NCBI GenBank assembly: GCA_963662715.1
Contig: OY759724.1
Coordinates: forward strand, 986,662 to 1,050,661
From: Candidatus Omnitrophota bacterium
Lineage (GTDB): Bacteria; Omnitrophota; Gorgyraeia; Zapsychrales; JANLHA01
DNA length: 64,000 nt
Direction of reading: 5' to 3'
Shown here: in pieces, positions 46,521 through 55,204 of the stretch
How the letters are laid out: each line of letters begins with the position of its first letter
Position numbering within the stretch: the stretch's first letter is position 1
The notes under the pieces: model-generated
What the model saw: only the letters and a program-made list of their open reading frames with translations
What the model was told of the DNA's origin: nothing
Database searches by the model: none
Translations under genes and position numbers: made by a program

Positions 46521-47387
46521 TCATGCCGTTATCCCGTCAACCGCGATATAAGCCGTTAAAAATCTTTCGAGCGTATCATTAAATTCATAAGGCTTTGTTA
46601 AAAAGGGGAAATGACCGCATTCGCCGAGCCAATCCAGCCGCACTTGCGGATTCTCCTTTTTAATATTCTGCAGAAGAGGACGCGGGCAGATGTAATCTTC
46701 TGTTCCGTTAATCATCTGCACGGGGATAGGGCATTGGGACAGAACGGGGCGTAAATCCGCCGTAGCGATAATATCAAGAAAAGATATGAGAGCTTCGCGC
46801 TGCGGGGCTGTCTCCTGCCGACGGAAAGTCTGAATCCATTTATACCGGCGGCCTTCACGTTCCGTTTGCGTAAATAATGAACGGAAAAAAACCCTCACAA
46901 TGGAAGGGTAAGCTGTCTGGATTTGCCCTTTCAGCTTCAGCACCCGCGCCAGGGTCAGACCGCATAAAAAATCTTCACTCTGCACAAATTTCGGCAATGC
47001 CCCGACAAAAGCCAAGGCTTTAATTCCCGCCGCTTCCTGCTCGGCCAGGCTTAACGCCACCAGCCCTCCGAAAGAGCTCGCGACAACCCCCCATCTGCCA
47101 CCGTCTTTCTGAATGAACAGTTCGAGAATATCCCGGGCGATATCCGGCAGGGATACCGGCTGCCATTCCGTCTGACCGTGCCCCGGCAAATCAAGGGAAA
47201 TAACCCGGTATTTCCGGGAAAAATACTTGTGCTGCTGCCGCCAAATCCGGCCGTCAACACCCCAGCCGTGCAGAAATAATAAGGCCGGGCCGTGCCCCTC
47301 CTCTTCATAATGCCATCGCATACCGCGGGAAGATGTTAAATAAGACATAAGTCCCTGCCTATCTTTTGCATTTTCTGAATGAGACAT
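46521..47387 (-). CDS. bioH: Pimeloyl-[ACP] methyl ester esterase BioH-like alpha/beta hydrolase
   Basis: It has LLFLHGWG and the nucleophile elbow VASSFGG. The start is ambiguous. The ATG at 47387 has RBS AAGAGGA but overlaps bioF by 52 nt. The alternative ATG at 47321 (MRWHYEEEGHG) aligns with the E. coli BioH N-terminus. Confidence 0.75.
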   Translation of the reverse strand: MSHSENAKDRQGLMSYLTSSRGMRWHYEEEGHGPALLFLHGWGVDGRIWRQQHKYFSRKYRVISLDLPGHGQTEWQPVSLPDIARDILELFIQKDGGRWGVVASSFGGLVALSLAEQEAAGIKALAFVGALPKFVQSEDFLCGLTLARVLKLKGQIQTAYPSIVRVFFRSLFTQTEREGRRYKWIQTFRRQETAPQREALISFLDIIATADLRPVLSQCPIPVQMINGTEDYICPRPLLQNIKKENPQVRLDWLGECGHFPFLTKPYEFNDTLERFLTAYIAVDGITA

Positions 47388-48508
47388 TCACAATCCTCTT
47401 GTGAATGTCTGGCCGTGACCGTCAGGCGCAACCGGGCGGTCCTGGCCGGAACCGTCGGAGGGCGGATAGCCGAGACAAGAATACCTTGCTCGAACAACCG
47501 GCGGGAAAACGTCAATGCGCGTTCCTCCTCCTTGATCAAGACGGGGATGATCGGGGTGCGGGAATGCATCGTATCAAAGCCCAAATTTTGCAAAGACTCT
47601 AATACAAAACGGGTGTTTTTCCACAAAGTTTTCCGCCGCTCCGGTTCTGTTTCCAGGATGTCCAGAGCTTTTAACGAGGCCGCCGCCACCGCCGGGGGCA
47701 ACGCCGTGGTATAGACAAAGCTCCTCGCTTTGTTTATCAGGAAGTCCATCAAACATTTGGACCCGCAGCAATACGCCCCAAAAGAGCCCAAAGCCTTTGA
47801 GAGGGTTCCCATCTGAATATCGACGTCTTGCGAGCAGTTGAAATGCTCTGCCGCCCCTTTTCCTTTTTCCCCTAAAACCCCGGTGCCGTGCGCGTCATCA
47901 ACCATCACCACCACCCCGTATTCCCGGGCCAAACGGATGATCTCATCTAAAGGAGCGACATCCCCGTCCATGCTGAAGACAGATTCGGTTATAATGACCT
48001 TCTTTTTACAGCCCCCGGAACGCTGCAGCAAACGCTCCAGGGCCTGCATGTCCCGGTGCGGATACCTGCGAAAAGAGGCCCGGCTTAAAACAATCCCGTC
48101 CAGAATAGAAGCATGGTTTAACCGGTCACAAAGGATAAGGTCTCCCCGGCCGAATAAAGACGATATGATACCAACATTCGCCATATATCCGCAATTAAAA
48201 ATTAAACAACTTTCCGTTCCCTTAAAAGCCGCCAGCCGCTCTTCCAGTTCCCGGTGCTCCGACAATGTCCCGCAGACCAGACGGGACGCCCCGGAGCCAA
48301 AACCCGACCGGGTTAAAGCGCTTACGGCCGCCTCTTTCAGACGGGGATCGGCGGCCAGGCCGAGGTAATTGTTGGAGCAGAAATTCAGGTAAGCTTTCCC
48401 TCCCATCACAATGGTCCGGTCCTGCGCGCCGTCCACGCATCGCAAGGAACGGCGCAGATTCTTCCTGTCCAAATCGGCCAGTTGTTCTTTTAAGAACGCA
48501 TCAAGCAT
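47336..48508 (-). CDS. bioF: 8-amino-7-oxononanoate synthase BioF
   Basis: It is a class-II PLP aminotransferase of 390 aa with BioF motifs, including the PLP lysine region GTLSKALGSFG. Confidence 0.9.
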   Translation of the reverse strand: MLDAFLKEQLADLDRKNLRRSLRCVDGAQDRTIVMGGKAYLNFCSNNYLGLAADPRLKEAAVSALTRSGFGSGASRLVCGTLSEHRELEERLAAFKGTESCLIFNCGYMANVGIISSLFGRGDLILCDRLNHASILDGIVLSRASFRRYPHRDMQALERLLQRSGGCKKKVIITESVFSMDGDVAPLDEIIRLAREYGVVVMVDDAHGTGVLGEKGKGAAEHFNCSQDVDIQMGTLSKALGSFGAYCCGSKCLMDFLINKARSFVYTTALPPAVAAASLKALDILETEPERRKTLWKNTRFVLESLQNLGFDTMHSRTPIIPVLIKEEERALTFSRRLFEQGILVSAIRPPTVPARTARLRLTVTARHSQEDCECLIQKMQKIGRDLCLI

Positions 48509-48564
48509 AGCCTCTCCCTGATGTCATGCCGCAACCCGCATGCGCGTCAGGCTGCGGCCCTCCG

Positions 48565-49521
48565 TTATATCAACTCAACATCCCCTGTCATTCGGGTAAT
48601 AAGATCACCGTCTTCATTCAGGATCACCAACCCGCCTTCTGCAGACAAATCAACGGCCTTCCCCTCAATAATCCGATGATGTTCAGAGAGGCGGATCCGC
48701 CGTCCGATCGTTATGGATAACGCCTTCCACCGCTCGATCACAGGGGAGAAGTCACGGGCCTGCAAGCAACCGTACCAGTATTCTGTCTTCTGCAGGACAT
48801 TCTGCAGAAGACAAATTCTTGACACTTTATTTCCCGATTCCATTTTCAGGGATGTGCCCCGGGGAGGAAGATGAACTTTATCGGCATTGACATTCATGCC
48901 GAGCCCGACAATAACAAATTTCACCCGGTCTGTTTCGGCATTCATTTCCGTTAAAATTCCCGCGACTTTTCTCCCTCCGATCAGCACGTCATTAGGCCAT
49001 TTAATCGCGGCCTTAAGCCCGGTTGCTTCCCGGACCGTCTCGCAGACGGCTATCGCCGCCACAAAAGTGATCCACCCCACTTCCAGCGGTGATAAATCAG
49101 GCCTTAATATCAGGGAAGTGTAAAGCCCTTTTCCTTTAGGGGAAATCCAGGTCCGGCCCAGCCGTCCACGCCCCCGGGTTTGGGATTCTGCGCAGACCAG
49201 CGTCCCTTCGGGACTTCCCTGAGCAGCCAGGCGGAACGCCTCATCCATCGTGGAAGAGATCGTTTCATAATAATAAACTGTCCGGCCCAGCCGTTCTGTG
49301 GCCAGGCCCGCGAAGATTTCTTCCGGCAATAATTTATCAGGACAGGATTTCAGGTAATATCCCCGGTGAGGAACCGCCTCAATTTTATAGCCCGCCAAAC
49401 GCAGGTCCCGGACATGCTTCCAGACCGCCGCCCGGCTTATCTTCAAGTGCCGGCTTAATTTCTGCCCGGAAACAAATGTCTTGTTGGACTTGAGATACTG
49501 TATGATCCTTTCCTGAACCAT
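48565..49521 (-). CDS. birA: Bifunctional biotin--[acetyl-CoA-carboxylase] ligase and bio-operon repressor BirA
   Basis: It has an N-terminal winged HTH, a central biotin ligase domain (GRGRLGRTW) and a C-terminal SH3-like domain. Confidence 0.9.
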   Translation of the reverse strand: MVQERIIQYLKSNKTFVSGQKLSRHLKISRAAVWKHVRDLRLAGYKIEAVPHRGYYLKSCPDKLLPEEIFAGLATERLGRTVYYYETISSTMDEAFRLAAQGSPEGTLVCAESQTRGRGRLGRTWISPKGKGLYTSLILRPDLSPLEVGWITFVAAIAVCETVREATGLKAAIKWPNDVLIGGRKVAGILTEMNAETDRVKFVIVGLGMNVNADKVHLPPRGTSLKMESGNKVSRICLLQNVLQKTEYWYGCLQARDFSPVIERWKALSITIGRRIRLSEHHRIIEGKAVDLSAEGGLVILNEDGDLITRMTGDVELI

Positions 49522-49579
49522 GAGCCTACCCCTTGTGATTTTTTAAAACCACACCAATATTATCTTTCTTCCGCCAAAA

Positions 49580-49610
49580 TGTCAACCAAATCTACAAATT
49601 AAGTTTACAA
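49580..49610. promoter_or_regulatory. Putative BirA operator (bioO): TGTCAACC-N15-GTTTACA, whose reverse complement TTGTAAAC...GATTTGGTTGACA closely resembles the E. coli bioO
   Basis: The site lies about 60-90 nt upstream of the birA start codon. The half-site and spacer geometry match bioO as I recall it (TTGTAAACC-N16-GGTTTACAA). Confidence 0.45.
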
Positions 49611-49670
49611 TAACCCGCGGAGGGGGCCGGCGCCCCGCGGGGCGTCCCAGACAGGATTCTCAACAGCTCA

Positions 49671-49699
49671 TTGACAAAAATAAAAGCCGATGCTATAGT
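49671..49699 (+). promoter_or_regulatory. Near-consensus sigma70 promoter (TTGACA-17-TATAGT) driving tRNA-Ala
   Basis: The -35 sits at 49671-49676 and the -10 at 49694-49699. The tRNA begins about 15 nt later. Confidence 0.45.
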
Positions 49700-49714
49700 G
49701 ACAAAAAATTTACC

Positions 49715-49790
<76 letters not shown>

Positions 49791-49810
49791 CTTTCAAACC
49801 TTTCCAATCA

Positions 49811-50206
49811 TTGAAGACTTTTCGGATCATATTATTTATAGGAATCATTGAAATCCTCATCGGCGGGATAACGCTTTTGGGGACAGGGGGAGCTTTATTG
49901 CTTTCGTCCAATACAAAACCCCCGAACGTCCTGTTTTTTGTTGTTGGGGCCGCCAGCATATCCTTATCTATCGGCGTAGGAATTCTAAAATTCAAAAAGC
50001 TCGCCTACCAGGCTCTGCTTTATTTTGCTTCCGTGGTCCTCTTAAGCAAAATTTTGATCTTTTTGGGGATCATTCATTTGAACGGGGCCTTGGAAACAAC
50101 GCTCCCCCCCTCCATGAAAAACGGCATCTCGATCATCTATCATGCCTTTGTCATCTATTATTTAAGTCAGAAAGACATAAAAAAAATTTTCCATGTCTGG
50201 CCCTGA
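49811..50206 (+). CDS. Possible small hydrophobic protein (TTG start) downstream of tRNA-Ala; doubtful
   Basis: The track ORF 49742..50206 begins inside the tRNA. The first plausible start after the tRNA is TTG at 49811 with no clear RBS, and the product is strongly hydrophobic. It could be spurious. Confidence 0.2.
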   Translation: MKTFRIILFIGIIEILIGGITLLGTGGALLLSSNTKPPNVLFFVVGAASISLSIGVGILKFKKLAYQALLYFASVVLLSKILIFLGIIHLNGALETTLPPSMKNGISIIYHAFVIYYLSQKDIKKIFHVWP

Positions 50207-50380
50207 GGATCATCGTCAGAATGAACGGACCGGAACGGGTTTCCGCTCAAATGGGATAAAACCGGTCAGATATTGATTTTCACAACAGATTGTTGTATAT
50301 TAATGAATCTAAAAATCATAAAGAAAAGCCTGTTATGATTCGGCCGGTCATGATTTTCTGACATACGGTCATAGATTCCT

Positions 50381-50464
50381 GCTGGAGTGGCGGAATTGGT
50401 ATACGCGCTGGTCTCAAAAACCAGTGAGGGAAACCTCATGAGGGTTCGACTCCCTCCTCCAGCA
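50381..50464 (+). tRNA. tRNA-Leu (anticodon CAA), long variable arm, no encoded CCA
   Basis: The acceptor GCTGGAG/CTCCAGC is perfect. The anticodon stem CTGGT/ACCAG carries loop CTCAAAA. The long variable arm is TGAGGGAAACCTCA and the T-arm is GAGGGTTCGACTCCCTC. Confidence 0.9.
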
Positions 50465-50525
50465 CTTTTTATTATACTGCCCGAACAACAAAGAGTTTAG
50501 AGAAACCCTTTCCGGGACTCTTCCT

Positions 50526-52034
50526 TTGACCGTTATGCGTCATTTCAAATCTTTCCTAACCCTCTCAAGTCTGTTTATCATCAACGTCCTCCTGAGGTTC
50601 CGTTTCATCAGTCAAGGGCCATATCATATTGACTGCGTGACCATGGCCCGGCAGGCCCAGTTAACCCTGCAGACCGGACACCTGCATTATCTGCACAGCC
50701 ACGGTTTTCCCTTAAGTGCGATGATCGCGGCCGCAAACGTCTGTCTGGCCCGGCTCTGGGGCACAGCCGATCCTGTCGATGCGGTCAATATCATGAGCGT
50801 CTTTTTCAGCGCACTAAGCGTCCCTCTCTTTTACCTGGTTGTCCGCAAACTGACAGAGCCATTAACCGCCCTGATCAGCGCCGTCCTGTTTTCGGTCAGC
50901 CCGATATTCTTAAGCCTGTCTGTTTTCGGGAACACCAATGTTTTAAGCCTCTTTTTCTGTCTCTTATGTTTCTACCGGATCATCGATCACAAAGACAACC
51001 CTTCTCCGGGCAAGACAATCGCCAACGGGTTATGCCTGGGGTTATGGGGCGCGGTCCGCATTCAGGATTTCTTAAGTTTGCTGCCGGTGCTTCTTATTTA
51101 CAGCGTCCTGTTCCATCCTCCGAAAAAGACAAAAACGTCCCATATGAAAGCCTTCGGCTTTTCTGTGCTTATTGCCTTTATTGTGACAGGGCTCTTTTAT
51201 GTCCCGTTTTTAACCCGGCATCTTGAACCTTCCGCGACACAATCATTAGGACATTTTTGGGAATTCGAGGTCGGCAGCCGGCTTTTCATCCTATCAGCAA
51301 GGTTTCTGTTCCTGTCTCTGATCTACTGGGCCGACAATTTTCTGCTGCTGGGAATCCTTCTCGCCGGATTAGGGCATCTGGTCCTGTGGCAGAGCAACAG
51401 GAAATTACTGTTTTTTCTGCTGAGCTGGTGTTTGATCCCGCTTCTTTTGTTCAGCCGCCTGGATATTGTCATGCCCCGGTTCTTTTTATGCGCGGTCCTG
51501 CCCCTCTATGTGATGCAGGGCGCTGTCCTGGCTTTTCTTTGGAGACGGAGAGCGCTTTTTAAAATCATCGCCATCTTTGTCATTATCCTGTCCGTCTGGC
51601 TGAATTTATACCGCATCGTGCCGGTGATCCAATACCGGCACGATCATGCCGTCGTGCCTGATTATGTCCTCTGGCTCAAAGAAAAAACAGAATCAAACGC
51701 CTGCATGATTCCCGGAGATGAAGGAGATTTCCTCCGGTATTATCACGGACCGGATTTGTTGGAACTTCGCTTGAAGATCCGCACCCCTTATTCCGGGGAA
51801 GAACTAAGAAAGATGAAACGCCAAATCGACCAGGAATTAGGCCGGGGACACCCGGTATATATCAATTACATTACGATGAATTCGCATAATCCGAAAAAAC
51901 AATTTTCAAATCTCCTCTCCCGACATTATACTTTAATATGTATAGGTGAAAAACTCTATGAAGACTGGCACCGGGGCGCCATGTATCAATTCATTTACCC
52001 TGTTGCCGTTTATAAAATAATACGAGAAAAATGA
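50526..52034 (+). CDS. Polytopic membrane protein, paralog A (suspected GT-C-like polyprenol-phosphate-sugar dependent glycosyltransferase; family unknown)
   Basis: The 502-aa product has about 11 predicted TM helices. A conserved first-loop motif, GPYHIDCVTMA, and a C-terminal soluble domain of about 130 aa are present. It is 30-35% identical to the next gene over its full length. Confidence 0.7.
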   Translation: MTVMRHFKSFLTLSSLFIINVLLRFRFISQGPYHIDCVTMARQAQLTLQTGHLHYLHSHGFPLSAMIAAANVCLARLWGTADPVDAVNIMSVFFSALSVPLFYLVVRKLTEPLTALISAVLFSVSPIFLSLSVFGNTNVLSLFFCLLCFYRIIDHKDNPSPGKTIANGLCLGLWGAVRIQDFLSLLPVLLIYSVLFHPPKKTKTSHMKAFGFSVLIAFIVTGLFYVPFLTRHLEPSATQSLGHFWEFEVGSRLFILSARFLFLSLIYWADNFLLLGILLAGLGHLVLWQSNRKLLFFLLSWCLIPLLLFSRLDIVMPRFFLCAVLPLYVMQGAVLAFLWRRRALFKIIAIFVIILSVWLNLYRIVPVIQYRHDHAVVPDYVLWLKEKTESNACMIPGDEGDFLRYYHGPDLLELRLKIRTPYSGEELRKMKRQIDQELGRGHPVYINYITMNSHNPKKQFSNLLSRHYTLICIGEKLYEDWHRGAMYQFIYPVAVYKIIREK

Positions 52035-53563
52035 AAAAAGAACATCCTCCGGCATGGCTCATAGCCGTCATCCTCGGCAGCCTCAGTCTCGTCATGCGGC
52101 TGGCGGTTATCAGCCTCGGCCCTTTTCATGTGGACTGCCTGAATCTTGCGGTTAAAGCCCAGAACACATTACACCATCATCAGCTTCATTTCCTGAACGG
52201 AACGGGCTACCCGTTAACGGTTTTATTAGGATCGCTTTTCGTGGCCTTGACAGGATTTGCCGGTAATAAAGACCCTGTCTTTGCCGTGAATTTCATGAGC
52301 GTTGTCTTAAGCTCTTTAGCGATTGCCTTTCACTTCCTGTTCGTAAAGGATTTCCTGACCCGGAAAACAGCCATTTTCAGCGCCATTGTCTTTTCGGTTT
52401 TTCCTGCGTATTTAGGGCTGTCCACTTACGGAAAAAGTCATATCCCCAGCATTTTCTTCCTGTGTTTGGGGCTGTTGATCCTTCAACAATATCTGCAGAC
52501 GGGTAAACGTTCTTTATTCTTCTTCAGCATAGGATGCTTCGGATGCATGGGGGCTTCCCGGGTGCAGGAATATGTGTTTTTAATCATCCCTGTCACCGTT
52601 TTCGTCTGGATCATGTTTAAACAAAAAAAGGGCCACCCGTCATTGCGGCAGAAGAGCCAGCTCTTCTGGCGGGACAGCCTTGGGCTATGGACCGGATCGA
52701 CCGTCTTCGCTTTTCTCTTTTATGTCCCGCTGCTGATCGACGCTCCCCGGACAGGGTATTTCATCCAGCTGAAAGGATACTGGGATGTCAGCACCTCTCC
52801 GAACTTTTTGGGACTCCTTTCCCCGTCGCTTGCTGAAAGTTTCCGCATTATCTTTTTCGGCCTCACACCCATCGGATCGATCACGGCCCTGCTGGGATTC
52901 CTTCTCATTCTGAAAAAGGATAAATACAAGGCGCTTTTTCTGGCCGTGTGGTTACTCCTGCCCTTGCTCTTTCTGGGAAATCTTTCCATGACAACGACAC
53001 GCTTTATCATGATCTGTATAATCCCGCTCTTTATCTGCGCGGGTTATTTCTTCGCCCATCTCTACTCCTTCCCGAACTCTTATTTCCGGCTCCTGTCTTT
53101 TTTTGTTTTCTCTCTTATTACGGTCACAATGTTTGTCAATATTTATCCGGTGCTCCTTTTCCGCCATCAGCATGCTCTCCTGCCTGATTTCGCCCGCTTT
53201 GTCCAGCGCGTCACCGAACCTTCGGCAAAGATCATCGCCGGGGACGAAACACCTTTTATCATATATTACGGTAAAAGAGAGATCGGCTTTCGTCCCTTCG
53301 AGGCCGCCAAAATTCCGCAATCCCAACTCAGGGATTTCCAGCGGCGGCTTGACGCCTTGCTGGCACAAGACACACCCGTTTACATTACATCCTCCGGACT
53401 TCTAAGTTATGATCCCGAAAAAAAGTTCTCCTCATTTGTACAAAATCATTATCAGCTCGATTATGTCGGAGAAACTCTTTCGGAAGGATGGCATCAAGGA
53501 GTGACACGGTTACGCATTGGCGTGGAGAAACTCTATAGAATCCGGCCCAGACAGACGGAATAA
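52031..53563 (+). CDS. Polytopic membrane protein, paralog B (tandem duplicate of 50526..52034)
   Basis: The 510-aa product carries GPFHVDCLNLA in the equivalent loop. Its start codon overlaps the upstream stop (ATGA coupling), and the architecture is the same as paralog A. Confidence 0.7.
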   Translation: MKKEHPPAWLIAVILGSLSLVMRLAVISLGPFHVDCLNLAVKAQNTLHHHQLHFLNGTGYPLTVLLGSLFVALTGFAGNKDPVFAVNFMSVVLSSLAIAFHFLFVKDFLTRKTAIFSAIVFSVFPAYLGLSTYGKSHIPSIFFLCLGLLILQQYLQTGKRSLFFFSIGCFGCMGASRVQEYVFLIIPVTVFVWIMFKQKKGHPSLRQKSQLFWRDSLGLWTGSTVFAFLFYVPLLIDAPRTGYFIQLKGYWDVSTSPNFLGLLSPSLAESFRIIFFGLTPIGSITALLGFLLILKKDKYKALFLAVWLLLPLLFLGNLSMTTTRFIMICIIPLFICAGYFFAHLYSFPNSYFRLLSFFVFSLITVTMFVNIYPVLLFRHQHALLPDFARFVQRVTEPSAKIIAGDETPFIIYYGKREIGFRPFEAAKIPQSQLRDFQRRLDALLAQDTPVYITSSGLLSYDPEKKFSSFVQNHYQLDYVGETLSEGWHQGVTRLRIGVEKLYRIRPRQTE

Positions 53564-53769
53564 TCCAGAATCAACAATGGTCTTTCCTGAAACCCGCCAC
53601 AGACGGCTCAAAGGGAAAGACGGACTTGTTCTTGCCCCCACATTCCGGATTTTGGTTAAGTTAAGATCGTGAATCTTTTCCGGTTGTCCCCCTGGGGACA
53701 CTTCTGCCATAACTTACTGTGTTCCAAATAGTCAGAGGGACCCGGTCCCTCTTCCCCTTGCCTCTTTAA

Positions 53770-54363
53770 ATGATCAATGTTAAACTATATCTAATGAAAA
53801 TATTAAGATTATATACTTCATTCCTCCTGATGGTCTGGCTCCTTCCCTCTCTGCCTTCGCAGGCGCAAGAGGACCCTGCGACGGCCAAAATTCCAGTGCA
53901 GATTATCAGCCTGAAAGACGGCTCCCTAATCAGGGGACGGTTGATCGGAGTTGAAAACGGAAGTTATATCATTCAAACCGAACATCTGGGAGAAATCAAA
54001 CTTAATCCTGATGATATCAACAACCTGGCCACAAACGCCCCAAGCAGTCCAGCCGCTCAAATCAAAACACTTCAGAGTTCAACGGGAGAGCTCGTTGTCC
54101 CGCAGTCAGGATCAACAGACGCACTGAAAGCCGTACAAGAGACCCTGCTGACTGATCCGAAACTCTTTTCTCTTTTGCAGGAATTAATGATGGACCCGGA
54201 AGTCGTTCAAATCATTCAAAACAGCTCTTTGCAGCAGGATCTTATGACCATGGATGCGGAAAAGATTCAAAATAATGCCGATTTCCAAAAACTGCTCCAA
54301 CACCCCAAGATTCAAAAAATCATCAGAACATTTGAATCCGAACACCTTTCTCCGAGTCAGTGA
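53770..54363 (+). CDS. Secreted hypothetical protein with S/T/P-rich segment
   Basis: It has an N-terminal signal peptide (probable start MKILRLYTSF at 53797), followed by NAPSSPAAQIKTLQSSTGELVVPQSGSTD and a Q-rich C-terminus. Confidence 0.55.
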   Translation: MINVKLYLMKILRLYTSFLLMVWLLPSLPSQAQEDPATAKIPVQIISLKDGSLIRGRLIGVENGSYIIQTEHLGEIKLNPDDINNLATNAPSSPAAQIKTLQSSTGELVVPQSGSTDALKAVQETLLTDPKLFSLLQELMMDPEVVQIIQNSSLQQDLMTMDAEKIQNNADFQKLLQHPKIQKIIRTFESEHLSPSQ

Positions 54364-54420
54364 CCGCTGACGGTTCCTTTCCTCCGCAACAGACGCCTTA
54401 AACAAATTTCCCCCCGGCGG

Positions 54421-55122
54421 TCATGACTTTTCCTCCCGGCGGAACCACAGTTTCACAGTGCTGAGAAGCACTCCCGGGCCGTGACGCAGGATGGAAAACG
54501 TTCCCCCGCCTTTATCAAGATAACGCCCAGGGATTTCCCGGAAAGGACATCCTTGCCTTTGTATCTGCATGATTAGTTCAATGTGGATATCAAACCCCCG
54601 GGCCTGCAGAGAAATTTTATCTAAAGCTCTCTGCGATATAGCGACTGTTCCGGAGCCGATATCGCAAATGGGGACATGAAACAATATCCGACAAAATCCG
54701 TAATAAAGGCGGCTGGCCAGCTTTCTTAGCCAGGGGACCCCGGCCCCCCGTCGGGATAAGTAGCGCGAGACAACAACAAGATCATGGGTTTTATTGAGGG
54801 ATATTACTTCCGGGAGAACTTCAACGCCAAACGGCAGGTCGATATCACAGTAAACAACGGTTGCCCCTTGTGCTTGCTGAAAAAGACGCCTGAGAGTTAC
54901 CCCCAAACCAAGGTTTGCGTGATTGGCGCTATACGTCAGTTGAGGATATTCTTCTGCAAGCCGGCGGATGGTCTCTAAACTGTCATCGGCGCTGCCGTCG
55001 TCTCTTAATAAAATTTCATACGTCCACGGCTGTTGCCCGCAAAATTGTATTAACCGGCGGATGGATGGCTCGATAAAATTTCCTGAATTATAAACGGGAA
55101 TGACAATCGATACATTAAGCAT
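54421..55122 (-). CDS. GT2-family polyprenol-phosphate glycosyltransferase (DPM1/GtrB-like)
   Basis: GT2 motifs are present: SIVIPVYNS, DDGSADDS, DxD (CDIDLP) and the LASRLYYG region. Start refined to ATG at 55122 (MLNVSIVIP). The track ORF start at 55383 overlaps the upstream gene. Confidence 0.8.
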   Translation of the reverse strand: MLNVSIVIPVYNSGNFIEPSIRRLIQFCGQQPWTYEILLRDDGSADDSLETIRRLAEEYPQLTYSANHANLGLGVTLRRLFQQAQGATVVYCDIDLPFGVEVLPEVISLNKTHDLVVVSRYLSRRGAGVPWLRKLASRLYYGFCRILFHVPICDIGSGTVAISQRALDKISLQARGFDIHIELIMQIQRQGCPFREIPGRYLDKGGGTFSILRHGPGVLLSTVKLWFRREEKS

Positions 55123-55204
55123 AGGGTTGACGTCTCCGACGAATACCTCTGAGGCATGGCTCTTTCGACGTGAACCGCGCCGCAGACCATGCTGTTTGTT
55201 ATAT

